Positions 38,071 to 50,767 of a stretch of DNA of 60,277 bases are shown here, piece after piece. Numbering within the stretch: the first letter of the stretch is position 1; each line of letters opens with the position of its first letter. Below the pieces are notes generated by a model that ran no database searches, was not told the origin of the DNA, and saw only the letters and a list, made by a program, of their open reading frames with translations. Position numbers and translations under genes: made by a program. The DNA comes from Chiloscyllium plagiosum. Lineage: Eukaryota. The stretch lies in contig NC_057719.1 in the NCBI RefSeq assembly GCF_004010195.1, positions 2,822,068-2,882,344 on the forward strand, in the 5' to 3' direction.

Positions 38071-38744
38071 TGTGGGAAGGTACTGTGCCTTAAGAAATGT
38101 GTTCTGTCCTATATCTCTTGCAGAGGGATTTTGACACAGATGTGCTGAGTGTCTCCTCCGGCAGGCAGTTTGTAAGTAGCTTTGGGTTTCTCCCTGGGTG
38201 TTCTTTTTGAGAGTAAGATGAAAGAATCATGAGTAGGCAGCATCAGGCTCACACAGACCCAGAGGATTTTGGTTCAGCATTTAGTTGTCTTTTTTGTTAT
38301 TTAGCTGCTGGAGTGGACAGCTAGAGTTCTCTCATAAGTCTTCAATCTAGCAGGAGAGAGTTTTCCCATTAGAAATAACGAGTGCATTCTTTTCTTCACT
38401 GTTTCTTTCAACTGGAGAGAGACAGCACATGAGAATACTAACCGGTTTGCTGCATTACATTTTGCCAAAGGGTGTGTTTATGCAATGCTGCCTATATAAG
38501 AACAATTGATGATTAGTGGTCAAATAATACATTGGCTTGTTACAGACGTCAATTAAGTTATACCAATTCTTCATTTTGTTGTATTTTAATTGCACTGCAA
38601 TACTGCAGTGTTTTGATTTAAGGTTTAGAGGTAGACCAATCAAATCATATCTGGAACACAACCTCACACATGCATTTAAAATAAACGTTAGGTCTAGACT
38701 ATCATAATAAAATATTCTGGATGAGACTGGTTTGATCTCTGACA
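38071..38744 (+). mobile_element. Solo LTR (Gmr1-like group) inside a minus-strand CR1 tail (~37950-38070)
   Basis: TG...ACA termini; 5' motif GGTACTGTGCCTTAAGA shared with the other LTRs; CCT duplicated at the flanks; 3' end resembles 58400-58500. Confidence 0.7.
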
Positions 38745-39569
38745 CCTTGTATGCATCACTTTACAAAAAAAAAGAAAAATTTGCCAACACTGGCATGACC
38801 AAAATCTTCTCACCGGAAGTCTGCTGCCCTTCCCCAACTTAGGCAAGTTGAACTGCATGTTGGGTAAGTGCTTTGTGCAATAGCTATATTCAGTCTGGAA
38901 GTGTGACTTTGAGCTTTGGTAGAACTTAGGCATTTTTGTTTCCTACTTTGTCCTCATCATACTGTTCAAGTGAAGCTTAACAAAAGCTCAAGGAACAGGA
39001 TCTCATCCTTTGACTAGGAATTTTACAGTCTTCCAGACTCAACACGGAGTTACACAATTACAAAATATAACTTCTGTGTGTGTTTTTTGTTTCCTTTTCT
39101 GAACAGGCTTTAGTTAAATATTTCCTTATAAAAATGATAATCAATTCAAGGTTAAGGAATACAGAGGTATTATTTGCTTTAGGTTTGATAATGACAATAT
39201 CTTAGGTAACGTGCATGATAACATCATGTGAAACAACCAGAGATAACCATTTTATAGCACTAATGTAGTATCCAATAAGGTACCCATGCTGCGGAGTAAA
39301 TCTTCAATTCAAAAGACGCAAATGAAACATGCCTTGATAGTCTACTACTGGAAAAACTATCATCTGTAGGTCATATCAAGGAGTGTACTAAGATCATTAA
39401 GTATTTGATTACTAGAAGTAATAGAATATTTAAAAAACACATCAAATCCAGGTTAGTGGTTGATTTCACTTTGAAGTAACATCTGACAATCTAAATTTTT
39501 CATGGTCTGGCACAAACACATTACTTTCTCCTATTACTAATTATATGAGAGAGCAATATCTGAAATGGG

Positions 39570-39930
39570 CAAGGAAAGGTTCGATAGGCTGAGCTTAATG
39601 TTTCTAGTCTAGAACAAGAGCTAGTTTGGTTTGAGCATGTGAGATCCTGAAGGAGACTGACAGGATGGATGTGGATGGAATGTTTCCTCTAGTGGAAAAT
39701 ACAATAGTCACTGCTTAAAAATAAGGGGTCATCTATTTCAGACAGAGGTGGCAAAATTTGTTCACTTGGAGGATCATAAATCCTTGGAACTCTTCTTGAG
39801 AAAGCAGTGTATTTTTAAGACAGCAATGGATAGATTCTTGGTTACTGGGGGCAGATCTGAATGGGGAGCTAAGCTTACAATTATATCATCTATGATCTTA
39901 TTAAATTGTAGAATAGGTGTAGGGTCAAAA
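39570..39930 (+). mobile_element. Old CR1 3' fragment
   Basis: GTCACTGCTTAAAAATAAGGGG, TTTAAGACAGCAATGGATAGATTCTTG. Confidence 0.7.
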
Positions 39931-41089
39931 TCCCTAACAGCATAATGGGTCTACCTAAGCAGTTCTAAAGAATGCAGCTCATCATCACCTTCTGTAGGGC
40001 AACTTCAGATAGGCAATAAATAATGGCGCAACCAGTGATATCCACATCCTATAAGTGAATTTTTAAAAAAGCTTAAGGGGCCAAATAGCCTACTCCTAGT
40101 TGATATGTATGAATGCCATCTTTCTCCTTCCCATTCTATGTTATTGCCAGATCCATCATGGTGGGGGCTGTGGTTTGTGCTTTTCCAGTTTGTTGAGACT
40201 CCAAGAGAAATCAGGGCCCAAATGCTGTGGGTCTGTTCCACAGTAGCTAAGGCAGCAGGATCTTTGACACACAATCACTGGTCTAAGATATTGTTAAGAA
40301 TGTAACTCACATCTTATTCATGTTGATGATGAGTGACTGGGTTGCAAATGGACTACCACTACTGATGTTCTGGCTCAAAAACTGCTTGAATAACTAACAG
40401 CAATAGGATTCAGTAATTATGCACTGCCAGGATGATAGTGTCTTCACTGCTCACTGAGTCTGAGTGAAAGAATCAGCTGTCAGCCACAGCGACATTCTTG
40501 AGTACATCAGGCAGCAGGCATCAGAATCAAAGTGAATTTTGCTATGGATTGGGTATGGTGATTTCACAATTTAAATTCTTTCCCCCTATAAGAACTATTT
40601 TTGGAATACGGTAGCTTTGTTGGGCTACCCTGAAATAAACTTACAACTGATCGGGTAGCAAGGTATATTAGATTTGGTATTGTGTAATGTGAAGTCTAAC
40701 GACATCGGAGTTCAGACAACCTTATGTAGATACAGCACATAATCAAGGTGAATAGGATCCATCCTTTACTGAGAGAAATAAACAAAGAACAAATGTTATG
40801 CTTCTGTTGTACAGAGACTCTGAGCAATTTATTGCCCCAATATTTGTTGTTTCACATACATTTCCCTATTTCAATAGAGAATAATTTCCAGTATACGTTT
40901 AATAATTTCATTTTTGCAATGTTGCCAACTATTCCCAGCACCTCTTGCATGTTGATGTCACATCACAGCAGCTCCTGCCCAGCACAGCATTCCCCTCACC
41001 ACTGTGTTTGTAGATCTCATAATGAAAATGTGTCATGAAATTGCCCTTAATTTTTAGTGTTGAATCCAAGTAACCATGCAACCTTGAGC

Positions 41090-42420
41090 AGAAAATGCAT
41101 TGCTAGTGCAATTTTTGAAACTTTTCAATGTTAACAATAACATAAAAGTATGATTCCATGTAAAATTAGGGATAATTAAGCAAAGTGAAAGTGAGAAACA
41201 TGCTGTCGATATCATCCACTATCTTGGATGATCCCTGATCATTTGTTCCACCCTTTAAGAGTGACCAGAAAAGCAAGAAAACTATTCAATGCAAAGATAA
41301 CAGTGCAGCAATGGACATAACAGAACATAGGCATGCAATGTGACTTGAAGATCTTCTTGAAAAAAAGCTGATCAGCCTTGCCATTATCCAGCATAAGTCT
41401 ATTAGTTATATGAGACTGTCAAAAAGTCAAGGGAGGGAGCTATATTAAAGGCCCAAGTGAGAAACAAGAAACCTTTAGTGCAAGTCATGGCTGGTTTCAT
41501 TGTTTCCTTGCACATACAGCTTTAAGAATGTATACCTGCAGTGGGAAGCTGCAAGAGCCAACAGCGATGCTGCTATGTCCCTGGAGACGTGGTGCATCAT
41601 AGAGAATAGCAGTTTCCATCCTCACCAAATTTTCAATGCAGCTAAGACAGGTCTGCATTGGAAAGCAGGTCAGAAATGATATGTCCCGCAGTTACTCAAA
41701 ACGTGCTCCTGGCTTGATAATTTTGAAACATCACCTCATTCTGTTGGATAACTAGGCAGATTTTCCGTCACTGGTTCACGGACCATTTTGTGCCCGAGAT
41801 AAAGAAGCATTGTGTCAAGTAAAAATTCAAAACTTAAAATTCTTCTCATTTTGGACAACACCTACACTCATGACTTGGACTGTGAAACTCTTTGTTCAAA
41901 TGTCAAAGTTGTGCTCCTACCTCCACGAATGACATCCATTGCACAGCCGATAGACCACGGTATCAAAGTCTATTATCTCCATTGGATTTTCTGGACTCTT
42001 AACCAAGAAAACAAATTGTGGAGGGGGAACCATCTGTTCAATAGTTCTGGAAAAAATTTAAAATCATGGATGCTGTTAACATCTTTGGTTCTGGAGAGAA
42101 TGAAATCTCAGTTCATTGCACAACCAGGTGGAACAAGTCATTCCTGTAGACAGTAAGCAACTTCACTGGCTTTGAACCACTGCCATTTACAATGAGATGG
42201 TGAAACAGGATCAGCAGGTCAGAGAGGATGCTGTCTCAGTTACTAGAATCCCATTTCAAGCTGCTCATTAACAAGGACATTGCAGAGCTGGATGTACATG
42301 CATTCAGCGAAGAGAACTGAGATGGCAACATGCCACTGGAATACGAAAAGGGCTTGACAGTGAAGTGCCTGCAAGATACTTTCACTGAGGATGATGAGGC
42401 TTGCTTAATTTTTCACAAGC
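41090..42420 (+). mobile_element. Tigger/pogo DNA transposon relic (DDE_1 transposase pseudogene)
   Basis: TFSASHGWFHCF (~41470), QIFNAAKTGLHWK (~41626), KILLILDNTYTH..VKVVLLPPRMTSIAQPIDHGI (41812-42156). Confidence 0.85.
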
Positions 42421-43532
42421 TTAATGTTAATTCTTTAGATAAATGAAATGTATTTTATTTTTTATATAAGGTGCTATTGAAAGCTGCTTTCTTTTTAGAA
42501 AAAAAACCTCTTCTAAAAATAAAGATATTAATGTCATTGAGGGCATGTAAGACACAGAATTAGATGGCTAGTAGTTTGAAAGAAGTGATCATGCAGCAGG
42601 ATCTGTCATAGATGAGTGAATGTCAGCTAAGATGATAGTTCAGATATCTCCTGTGGTTATTCCTCTCTCAAACAGATATGAATTTTTTTTCAAAGTGTTA
42701 GTCTCTCAGAGGCAAAATCAGATCTTGAGCACTAAGGATTAACCTTATGTTAGGAGGGGTTTGACAAAATTTAAAAGAATTATTAAAGGGGACTGTCCTG
42801 CCGGGGAGATTCTGCAGCAGTGAGTGTGAACAAGATCTCAAAATGTTTGATGCAAATTGTTTGAAGGGGAGAGTGAGAAGCCAGGAGTTGTGTACAATAA
42901 TGACAGAGTAAATTTAAAGACTTTACAGAATGTCTACAAGAAGTTAGGTAGCAGATTAATAAAACAGAACCTCAAAAGTAGAAATCTCTGGCTTCCTCCA
43001 AATAAACTCGAATGAGGGAAGGAGATAAATCAATGGCTGAAGAGGTGGTGGGATTCAGGTTCTTGCATGATTGGGATCTCTTAGGCAGAAAAAAACCTGT
43101 TCAAAAATGATGGGTTTCACCTGAATGGGATAGGGACCAATATCCTAGCAGGAGATTTGCTTGTTCTAATAAGGGAGACTATAAACTATTAGAGTTGGGG
43201 AGGGGGGGGGAGGATCCTAAGCAGCAGAGTAAATAGAAATATAGATGAGGATGGTTCTGAATCTGAAAATAACAAGTTAATTCAAAAAGACAGACTAGAG
43301 CAAGTCAGAGAACCAAATAATTCTGAATAATTAAACGGCATTTATTTCAATCCAAGGGGTCTTTCAGCTAAGGCTGATGAACTCAGGGCATGTTTGGGAA
43401 CATGGGATTGGGACATCACAGCTATCAAAGAAACTTGGCTGAGGAATGCACAGGATTGACAGCTCAATACTTCAGGTTTTCAGATGCGATAGAAGCATAA
43501 AAGGAGGCCAAAGAGGAGGGGAAGTGGCATTT

Positions 43533-43825
43533 TTTAGATTAGATTACTTACAGTGTGGAAACAGGCCCTTCGCCCCAACAAGTCCACACCAACGCGCCAC
43601 CCACCCAGACCCATTCCCCTACATTTACCCCTTCACCTCACACTATGGGCAATTTAGCATATTCAATTCACCTAACCTGCACATTTTTGGACTGTGGGAG
43701 GAAACCCACGCAGACACGGGGAGAATTTGCAAATTCCACACAAACAGTTGCCCGAGGCAGATATTAAACCCAGATCTCTGGTGCTGTGAGGCAGCAGTGC
43801 TAACCACTGTGCCACCGTGCCGCCC
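43533..43825 (-). mobile_element. HE1-type V-SINE (tRNA head, V domain, CR1 tail)
   Basis: Reverse complement GGCGGCACGGTGGCACAGTGGTTAGCACTGCTGCCTCACAGC..TCTCCCCGTGTCTGCGTGGGTTTCCTCC. Confidence 0.92.
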
Positions 43826-44467
43826 TTAAATTAAATTCCCTTTTATTAAGGGAAATGTTACTGCTGTAACAAGAGAGGATATTTCTGAAAAATCATCCAA
43901 TAAAAATATTTGGTTTGAAATTAGAAATAAGAACGGAATGATCACCCTCGTGGAATTGTACTATGGGTCCCCCAACAGTCGAGGGAGGGGGAAGCATGGA
44001 GGAACAATATATAGCAAGATCTCAGATATATTGAAGTATAACAAGGTTGTATTGGCAGATGATTATCATTTTCTAAACAGTCAGTAGGGCTACCATGATG
44101 TTAAAGGCTTGGACTGAATTTGTTGAATGTATTCAAAAATATTTGCTTCATCAATATGTACATGTTCCTCCTACAGAAGGAGCAAAACTTGATCTTCTCT
44201 TGAAGTGATATTGGAGAACATTTTGGGTTTAGAGATCATAATTCTATAAGTTTTAAAATAATTATGGAAAAGGATAAGCCTTCCATAAGAATTAAAGTTT
44301 TTAATTGGAATATGGAAAATTTTAATGGCATGACAGAATTTTCAGAAGTTGATTGGACTAGACAGTTCACAGGTAATGGGATGTCTGATAAGTGTGATGC
44401 TTTCAAAAGTGTGATAAACAAGGGTTCAAAATAATTATGTTTCTAGTGTTTTGAAAAATATTTTTAG

Positions 44468-44700
44468 CTCAGGTTGTAGGTAAGGTTTATTCACCAAACT
44501 GCTGTTTTTCTGTAGACGTTTCTTCACTTCACTAAGTGTCACTGTCAGTGCACCTCCGGTGAAGCAGTGGTGGTCTGTTATGTCTGGTATTCATGTGTCT
44601 CTGCTTCCTGGTACTTCTGGATCTGTATTTGAGTGGTTTGTATATGTGGTCCATTTCAGTATGTTTATTGAGTGAGTTCCGGTTGGAGTGCCAGGCTTCA
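44468..44700 (-). mobile_element. PLE 3' fragment with a decayed HHR (44512-44551)
   Basis: Reverse complement encodes EAWHSNRNSLNKHTEMDHIYKPL and ends CTACAACCTGAGC, like 1-346. Confidence 0.8.
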
Positions 44701-46196
44701 TTGTCTTTCTATTAGAGTGAAAGATAAAGCTGGTAAGATTAGCAAACTACAGGTGAAGAAAGATACTGAGGTCCTAGTCAAGACGAAAAAAAATCAGATA
44801 TAGACAACGGGCTTCAAGTGAATCTCTTGAACAGTATAAAGAGAGTAGGGTCATTCTTCAGCAGGAAATCAGCAAGTCAAAGAGGGAATTTGAGATAGCC
44901 TTGGCAGATAAGGTTAAGGATAATCCAAAGAGATTCTACAAGTACGTTAAGTGTAAGAGGGCAACTAAACAGAGTAAGGCTTCTTAAAGATCAAAGAGTC
45001 GTCTATGTGTTAAACCTCATCAGATGGGGAGAGATATAAAATAAATACTCCGTGTCAGTTTTTACTGTGGAAGAAGAAATGTAGGCCAGAGAACTCAAAA
45101 ATCTATTTCTGTATTTTGAAAACAAGTCACATTACAGGAGAGGAAGTGCTTGAAGTCTTAGAAAATATAAAGGTGGGTAAATCTCCAGGACATGAGTTAG
45201 TGTATACCATTGTGTGAAGTTAGGGAGGAAATTGTGGGGCTCCTTGCAGAAATATTTGTATCATAACTGTGGGTAAGGTACCAGATGATTGGAGAGTGGC
45301 TAATGCTATGCCTTTGTTAAGGAGGGCTATAAAAGGAGAAATCTGGGACCTCTAGACCTGTGAGGCTGATTTTAGTGATAGGTAGGTTGTTGGAGGTGAT
45401 TCTGATAGATAGGATTATATGCATTTGGAGAGGCAAGGAATGTTTAGGGACAGTCAGCATGGTTTGTGCGAGGAAAATCATGTCTCACAAACCTGATTTG
45501 AGATTTTTTGAGGATGCAAGAAAGATGATTGATGAAGCCAGAGGCAGAGACGTTGTTCACTTGGACTTTACTAAAGCCTTTGACAAAATTCGACAGGGTA
45601 AATTAATTAGTAAAATTAGATCACATGGGATTCAGGGTGAGCTTGACATCTGGATACAAATTTGGCTTAATAGCAAGAGACTGTAGTGATGGAAGGTTGT
45701 TTTTCAGACTGGAGGCTTCTTACCAGCAGCGTTACACAGGGATTGTTGCTGGGTCAATTTCTGTTTGTCAATTATACAAATGATTTCCAGGAGATTAAAG
45801 AAGGCATAGTTAGTAAGTTTGCAGATGACACCAAAACTGGCGGCATAGTAGACAGCAAATAAGATTATTTAAGTTTACAAAGAGATCTTGATCAATTGGG
45901 TCAATGGGTTGAGTAGCAACAGATGGGGTTTAATTGGATAAATATGGGGCATTGAACTTTGGTACAACAAACAAAAGGCAAGACTTACAAAATTACAAGA
46001 CAGGTATTGGATAATGCTGTAGAACAGAGGGACCTAGGGCTTCAGATAAAGAATTCTTTGGAGGGTACATCACATGTAGACAGGGTGGCTGAGAAGGCAT
46101 TTCGCCACTCGCCTTCATTGCTCAGACCTTTTGAGTGTAGGAGTTGGGAGTTATGGTAAGGTTGTACCGGACATTGGTGATGCCTCTTCTGGAGTA

Positions 46197-46528
46197 CAGG
46201 TACACAATCATTTATCCGAAATGCTCGGAACCAGCTGATTTTCGGAATTCTTCGAATTTTGGAATAAATGACAGTTCAACGGTGAAATTTTAAAAAATCT
46301 TACCATCCAGCACACTCACAGTGAGTACTACAGGCCCTGAGACAGATTTGAGGCCTGTCAGTGCTGGGCCATGTCCCTCACGTCGCATCTGAGTGACACG
46401 CATCGAGTGGGTGTGGAGTTGGGTTAACTGTTTGCACACCAAACAACCTTGTTAATGAGATAAAAACTTCACAAAAAACCTTCAGATTTTGGAGCTTTTT
46501 GGATTTCGGATAAAGGGTGGTCTACCTG
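46197..46528. mobile_element. Tc1/pogo-type MITE
   Basis: TA duplication (46195-46196, 46529-46530). Imperfect TIRs CAGGTACACAATCATTTATCCGAAAT / CAGGTAGACCACCCTTTATCCGAAAT. Interrupts the CR1 LEY codons. Confidence 0.9.
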
Positions 46529-47200
46529 TACAATGTCCAGTTCTATTTGCCCTGTTGTTAAACTGGGGAGGGTTCAGAAGAGATTTACCAGGATGCTGCT
46601 GGGAATGGAGGATTTGCGTTATAAGGAGAGGCTGGGACTTTTTTCACTGGAGCATATGAGGTTGTGGGGTGACCTTCAAGAGTTTTATAAAATCATCAAG
46701 GATTTAGGTAAGGCCCCAGGGATTTCAAGACTACGGAATATATCTTTGAGGTGAGAAGATTAAGATACTAAATAAAAAGGGACAACTTTTTTTTTTAAAA
46801 AGCACAGAGCATGGTTAGTGTGTGAAATGAACTTCCCGAAAATATGATGGACCTGGGTACAGTTAGAACTTTTAAAAGATGCTTGGGTAAGTACATCAAT
46901 AGGCATTTTTTGGAGGGATATAGGCCAACCACCGGAAAGTGGGAACAATTTAGTTTAGGATTATGGTCGGCATGGACTGGTTGGACCAAAGGCCTGTTTT
47001 CATGATGTAAGATTGTAACTGGAACTTTTGCAACCCCTGTTACAGACACTTCTACAGCTGAGGAAATTGTCAACATCGACCACCTGTTATGGAGTCATAA
47101 TCTCATACAGCACAGAAGCGGACCCTTCGGTCCAACCAATCCACGCCAACCATAATCCCAAACTAACTAGTCCCACTTTGCCTGCTCTTGGTCCATATCC

Positions 47201-47365
47201 CTGCCCAAAATCCACAAACCTGACTGCCCCGGACGACCCATCGTCTCAGCCTGCTCCTGCCCAACCGAACTCATCTCGGCATACCTCGACACGGTCCTGT
47301 CCCCATTAGTCCAAGAACTCCCCACCTACGTTCGTGACACCACCCACGCCCTCCACCTCCTCCAG
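47201..47365 (+). pseudogene. PLE reverse transcriptase fragment
   Basis: [55 protein letters not shown]; open reading frame with CpGs intact. Confidence 0.92.
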
Positions 47366-47417
47366 GTTCCAGGTGTCATAGTCAATATTTTTTCAATAAT
47401 TAGTACAGCATTTCTTT

Positions 47418-47544
47418 TTGTGGGAGCTTGCTACATGTAAATTGCCTGCTATGTGTCAACACTGACTGTACTTCCAAAGTACTTTATTGGCTGTAAAGCA
47501 TTTTGGATCTTTCTGTGGCCATAACAGTTACTATATAAATGCAA
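47418..47544 (+). mobile_element. Old Deu-domain SINE (AmnSINE1/SacSINE1-like) 3' tail
   Basis: TTGTGGGAGCTTGCT..AAAGTACTTTATTGGCTGTAAAGCATTTTGG..CTATATAAATGCAA matches my recollection of the DeuSINE tail. Confidence 0.7.
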
Positions 47545-48417
47545 TTTAATTTTAATAACTCAATAGTTACTCATAGAAATCTAATGTTATATCACTGGGA
47601 TGCTTTTTTGCCATTATTATGGCAATAATGTTTTTTTCAAATTTAAAAAAAAGTTATGATATTTCAGCTACTTTAATCCCATGTGTATCACTGATGATTT
47701 GTATTTACTCTGTGGAAATTTTAATTGAGTAGAAGATTTTACTGCATTTTACTTTCTGATTTGCTGTTTGAGAATACTTCAGTGTAATTGGCTGCCAACT
47801 CCCTGCGGTGATATCACTGTTACTGTATGCCTAGTGTTTGTCTTGATCTTGCACATATCAAGAAAGGGAAACTTCATGCCTCAGAGATCACTAGATAGCA
47901 GAAAATCCCTTTAATACTTCAAAGTACTCTTTTGGTATGATCCTAGATATTGAATATTGTTAGATATTATTACTGGAGCGAATCATAGATTTACATTTAA
48001 ATAGTTCCCATTTCTGTCTTTGTTCACTCCTTTCCTCAGCAATATTTTGTGTTTGATTTTGTCTACTTTCTGTGGTTTTATTTACCCTAATGAAGAAGAG
48101 CATATCTTCTCAACATCACAACTATTGATCTCACCCTGCTTGGCTGTTGTATGGAACCCCCTACGTGTTAACCCCTTAAAGCCAAATACATAACAATATT
48201 GTCAAATTTGATGGAATTTTAATGCATTTACTTTAGGGGAAATTTGGCATGTTAATATGCTGCAGTTTTTCTTATCTGCGATGTTTTGTGTTATGTTGCT
48301 GAAAATATTACTGATGAAATACTTAGCAGTTGTAGTAAAATCATGCGTATACTTAGGATGAAGAAGATTATGAGTACCACATATGCTTGGTCCAGTTCTT
48401 GTTGGATTCATTTGGAT

Positions 48418-48832
48418 ATCAAAGTTGAAACTTTATTGCTGGAACAGCACAGCAGGTCAGGCAGCATCCAGGGAACAGGAGATTCGACGTTTCGGGCACA
48501 GGCCCTTCTTCAGGAATGAGCAGAGAGTGTTCAGCAGGAGAAGATAAAAGGTAGGGAGGAGGGACTTGGAGGAGGGGCGTTGGAAATGTGATAGGTGGAA
48601 AGAGGTCAAGGTGAGGGTGATAGGTCGGAGTAGGGTGGAGGCGGAGAGGTCAAGAAGAAGACATTTCCAACTCCCCTCCTCCAAGTCCCTCCTCCCTACC
48701 TTTTATCTTCTCCTGCTGAACACTCTCTGCTCATTCCTGAAGAAGGGCCTGTGCCCGAAACGTCGAATCTCCTGTTCCCTGGATGCTGCCTGACCTGCTG
48801 TGCTGTTCCAGCAATAAAGTTTCAACTTTGAT
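48418..48832. repeat. Near-perfect inverted repeat of PLE pLTR (172-bp arms, 71-bp spacer)
   Basis: 48418-48589 versus 48661-48832, with one mismatch seen. Confidence 0.95.
48733..48768 (+). ncRNA. Intact minimal type-I hammerhead ribozyme (mirror copy on the minus strand at 48482-48517)
   Basis: ATTC-CTGAAGA-A-GGGC-CTGT-GCCC-GAAA-CGTC-GAAT: stem I ATTC/GAAT, stem II GGGC/GCCC, GUC cleavage triplet. Confidence 0.9.
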
Positions 48833-50767
48833 CTCCAGCATCTGCAGACCTCACTTTCTCCTCCATATCCCTCTAAACCTTTCTTATTCATGTACCTATT
48901 AAAATTTCTTTTAAACATTGTAATTGTACCCACATCCACCACTTCCTCTGTAAGTTCATTCCACACGCAAACCAACCTCTGTGTAAAATATCTGCCCTCA
49001 TGCCTCATTTTAAATCTTTCTCCACTCACCTTAAAAACTGCCCCCTAGTCTTGAAATCCCCCATTCGGGGGAAAAGACAACTATCATTAACTCTAACTAT
49101 ACCCCTCTTATTTTAAACTTCTGTAAGGTCACCCCTCAATTTTCTATGCTCCAGTGAAAAACATCCTGGCCTACCCAACCTTTATTTATAACACAGAACT
49201 TCCATACCTGGCAACATCCTGGTAAATCTCTTCTGAAACCTGTCCAACTTAATACTATCCTTCCTATAACTGGGCGACCAGAACTAGACACAGTATTCTA
49301 GAGGAGGCTTCACCAATGTCTTGTACAGCCTCAACATGACTTCCCAACTTATATACTCAGACGTCTGAGCAATGAAGGCAAGCATGCCAAACGCCTTTAT
49401 AACCAGCCTGTCTATATGTGATGCAACCTCAAAGAATTATGTACCTGCACCCCTAGGACCCTCTGTTCTACAATACTACTCAAGGATCTACCATTAATTG
49501 TGTAAGCCCTGCCTTTGTTTGCTCTACCAAAATGTAATACCTCGCATTTATCCAGATTGAACTCCATCTGTCATTTTTTAGCCCACTGACCCATTTGATC
49601 AAGATCCTTTTGTAATATTAGAAAACCTTCACTGACCATTACGCCACCAATTTTGCTGTTGTCCATAAACTTACTAACCATGCCTCCTATATTCTCATCC
49701 AAATCATTTATATAAACAACAAACAAAAGAGAATCCAGACTGATCCCTGTGGAACACCACTGGTCACAAGTCTCCAGCCTGAAAAGCAACTCTCCGTTAC
49801 CACTCTTTGCCTCCTGCCATTAAGCCAATTGGCAAGCTCACCCTGAATCCCATGTAACCTAACTTTACTAATTAGTCTACCATACAAAACCTTATCAAAG
49901 GCTTTAGTAAAGTCCAAGTAAACAATATCTACTGCTCTGCCCTCAACCTTTTTGTTAACTCCCTCACAAAAACTCAATCAAGTTTTTGAAACACGATTTT
50001 CCTTGCACAAAACTATGCTGACTACCCGGTCACATTTTGCCTCTCTAAATGTCCATGAATCCTATCTTTTATAAAAACCTCCAACAATTTACCCACAACC
50101 GATGCCAGACTTACAGGTCTACAGTTCCCCAGTTTCTCCTTACACTCTTTCTTAAACAAATGTTTCTTAATAATCCTCCAGTCATCAGGCACCTCACCCG
50201 TAGTTATGGATGATGCAAATATTTCTGCAAGGGGTTCCGCAATTTCCTCCCTTACTTCCCACACGTTTTAGGATATATTGGATCAAATCCTGGAAATTTA
50301 TCCACATTTATATTCTCTAAGACAGTCCCCGAATTTCCTCTTCTGTAATATTAATTGTTTCTAAAACATCAAAATTTATTTTTGCGCATTCTCTAGACTC
50401 CACTTCTCTCTCCACAGTAAATCTAATGTGAAATATTCATTTTGTATCGTTCCCATCTCGCTATTAGGTACAGGATCCTGAGTGAAGCAGCATGGATGTT
50501 GCAGCTGTTTCTGAGATTTATTATAGTTTTATTACAGCCATTAAGTTAATACATTAATAGAAGATTTGTATTCTTTTTGTTTCATTAACATTAAAACAAA
50601 ACAAAAAAAAGTCATGATTTGTTTTCAAATGGACTTTTTTTTAAAAATAAGACCTTTTAAGAAACTATAGTGCATGGCAAATTTTTTTAAATTCTAAATT
50701 TAGAAACTTGAAAAAACTATATGCATAAAACAGATTTCCACCCAACATTGCTGGAGTTGATAGTCAT

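Larger units (their letters stand above)
42640..47010 (+). mobile_element. Long degraded CR1 LINE with nested SINE, PLE fragment and MITE
   Basis: Esterase, APE (ETWL) and RT (HLDFTKAFDK, KFADDTK, RVQKRFTRML) remnants, plus a CR1 tail. Confidence 0.88.
47203..48861 (+). mobile_element. Composite PLE insertion: RT fragment, ~1.05 kb non-PLE DNA and a pLTR hairpin, with an 11-bp TSD
   Basis: TCCATATCCCT at 47192-47202 and 48862-48872; see findings. Confidence 0.8.
47093..50460 (-). mobile_element. Minus-strand CR1 LINE with its 3'UTR split by the 47203-48861 insertion
   Basis: Minus ORFs YLDFTKAFDKV, SGVPQGS, YFTQRLVCVWNEL. The 3'UTR is continuous across TCCATATCCCT. Confidence 0.92.

Noticed and set aside
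43750..43825. tRNA gene
   Set aside because: It is the tRNA-derived head of a V-SINE and continues directly into the SINE body.
48457..48793. Two near-identical ORFs on opposite strands
   Set aside because: Artefact of the inverted repeat; the sequence is non-coding pLTR.
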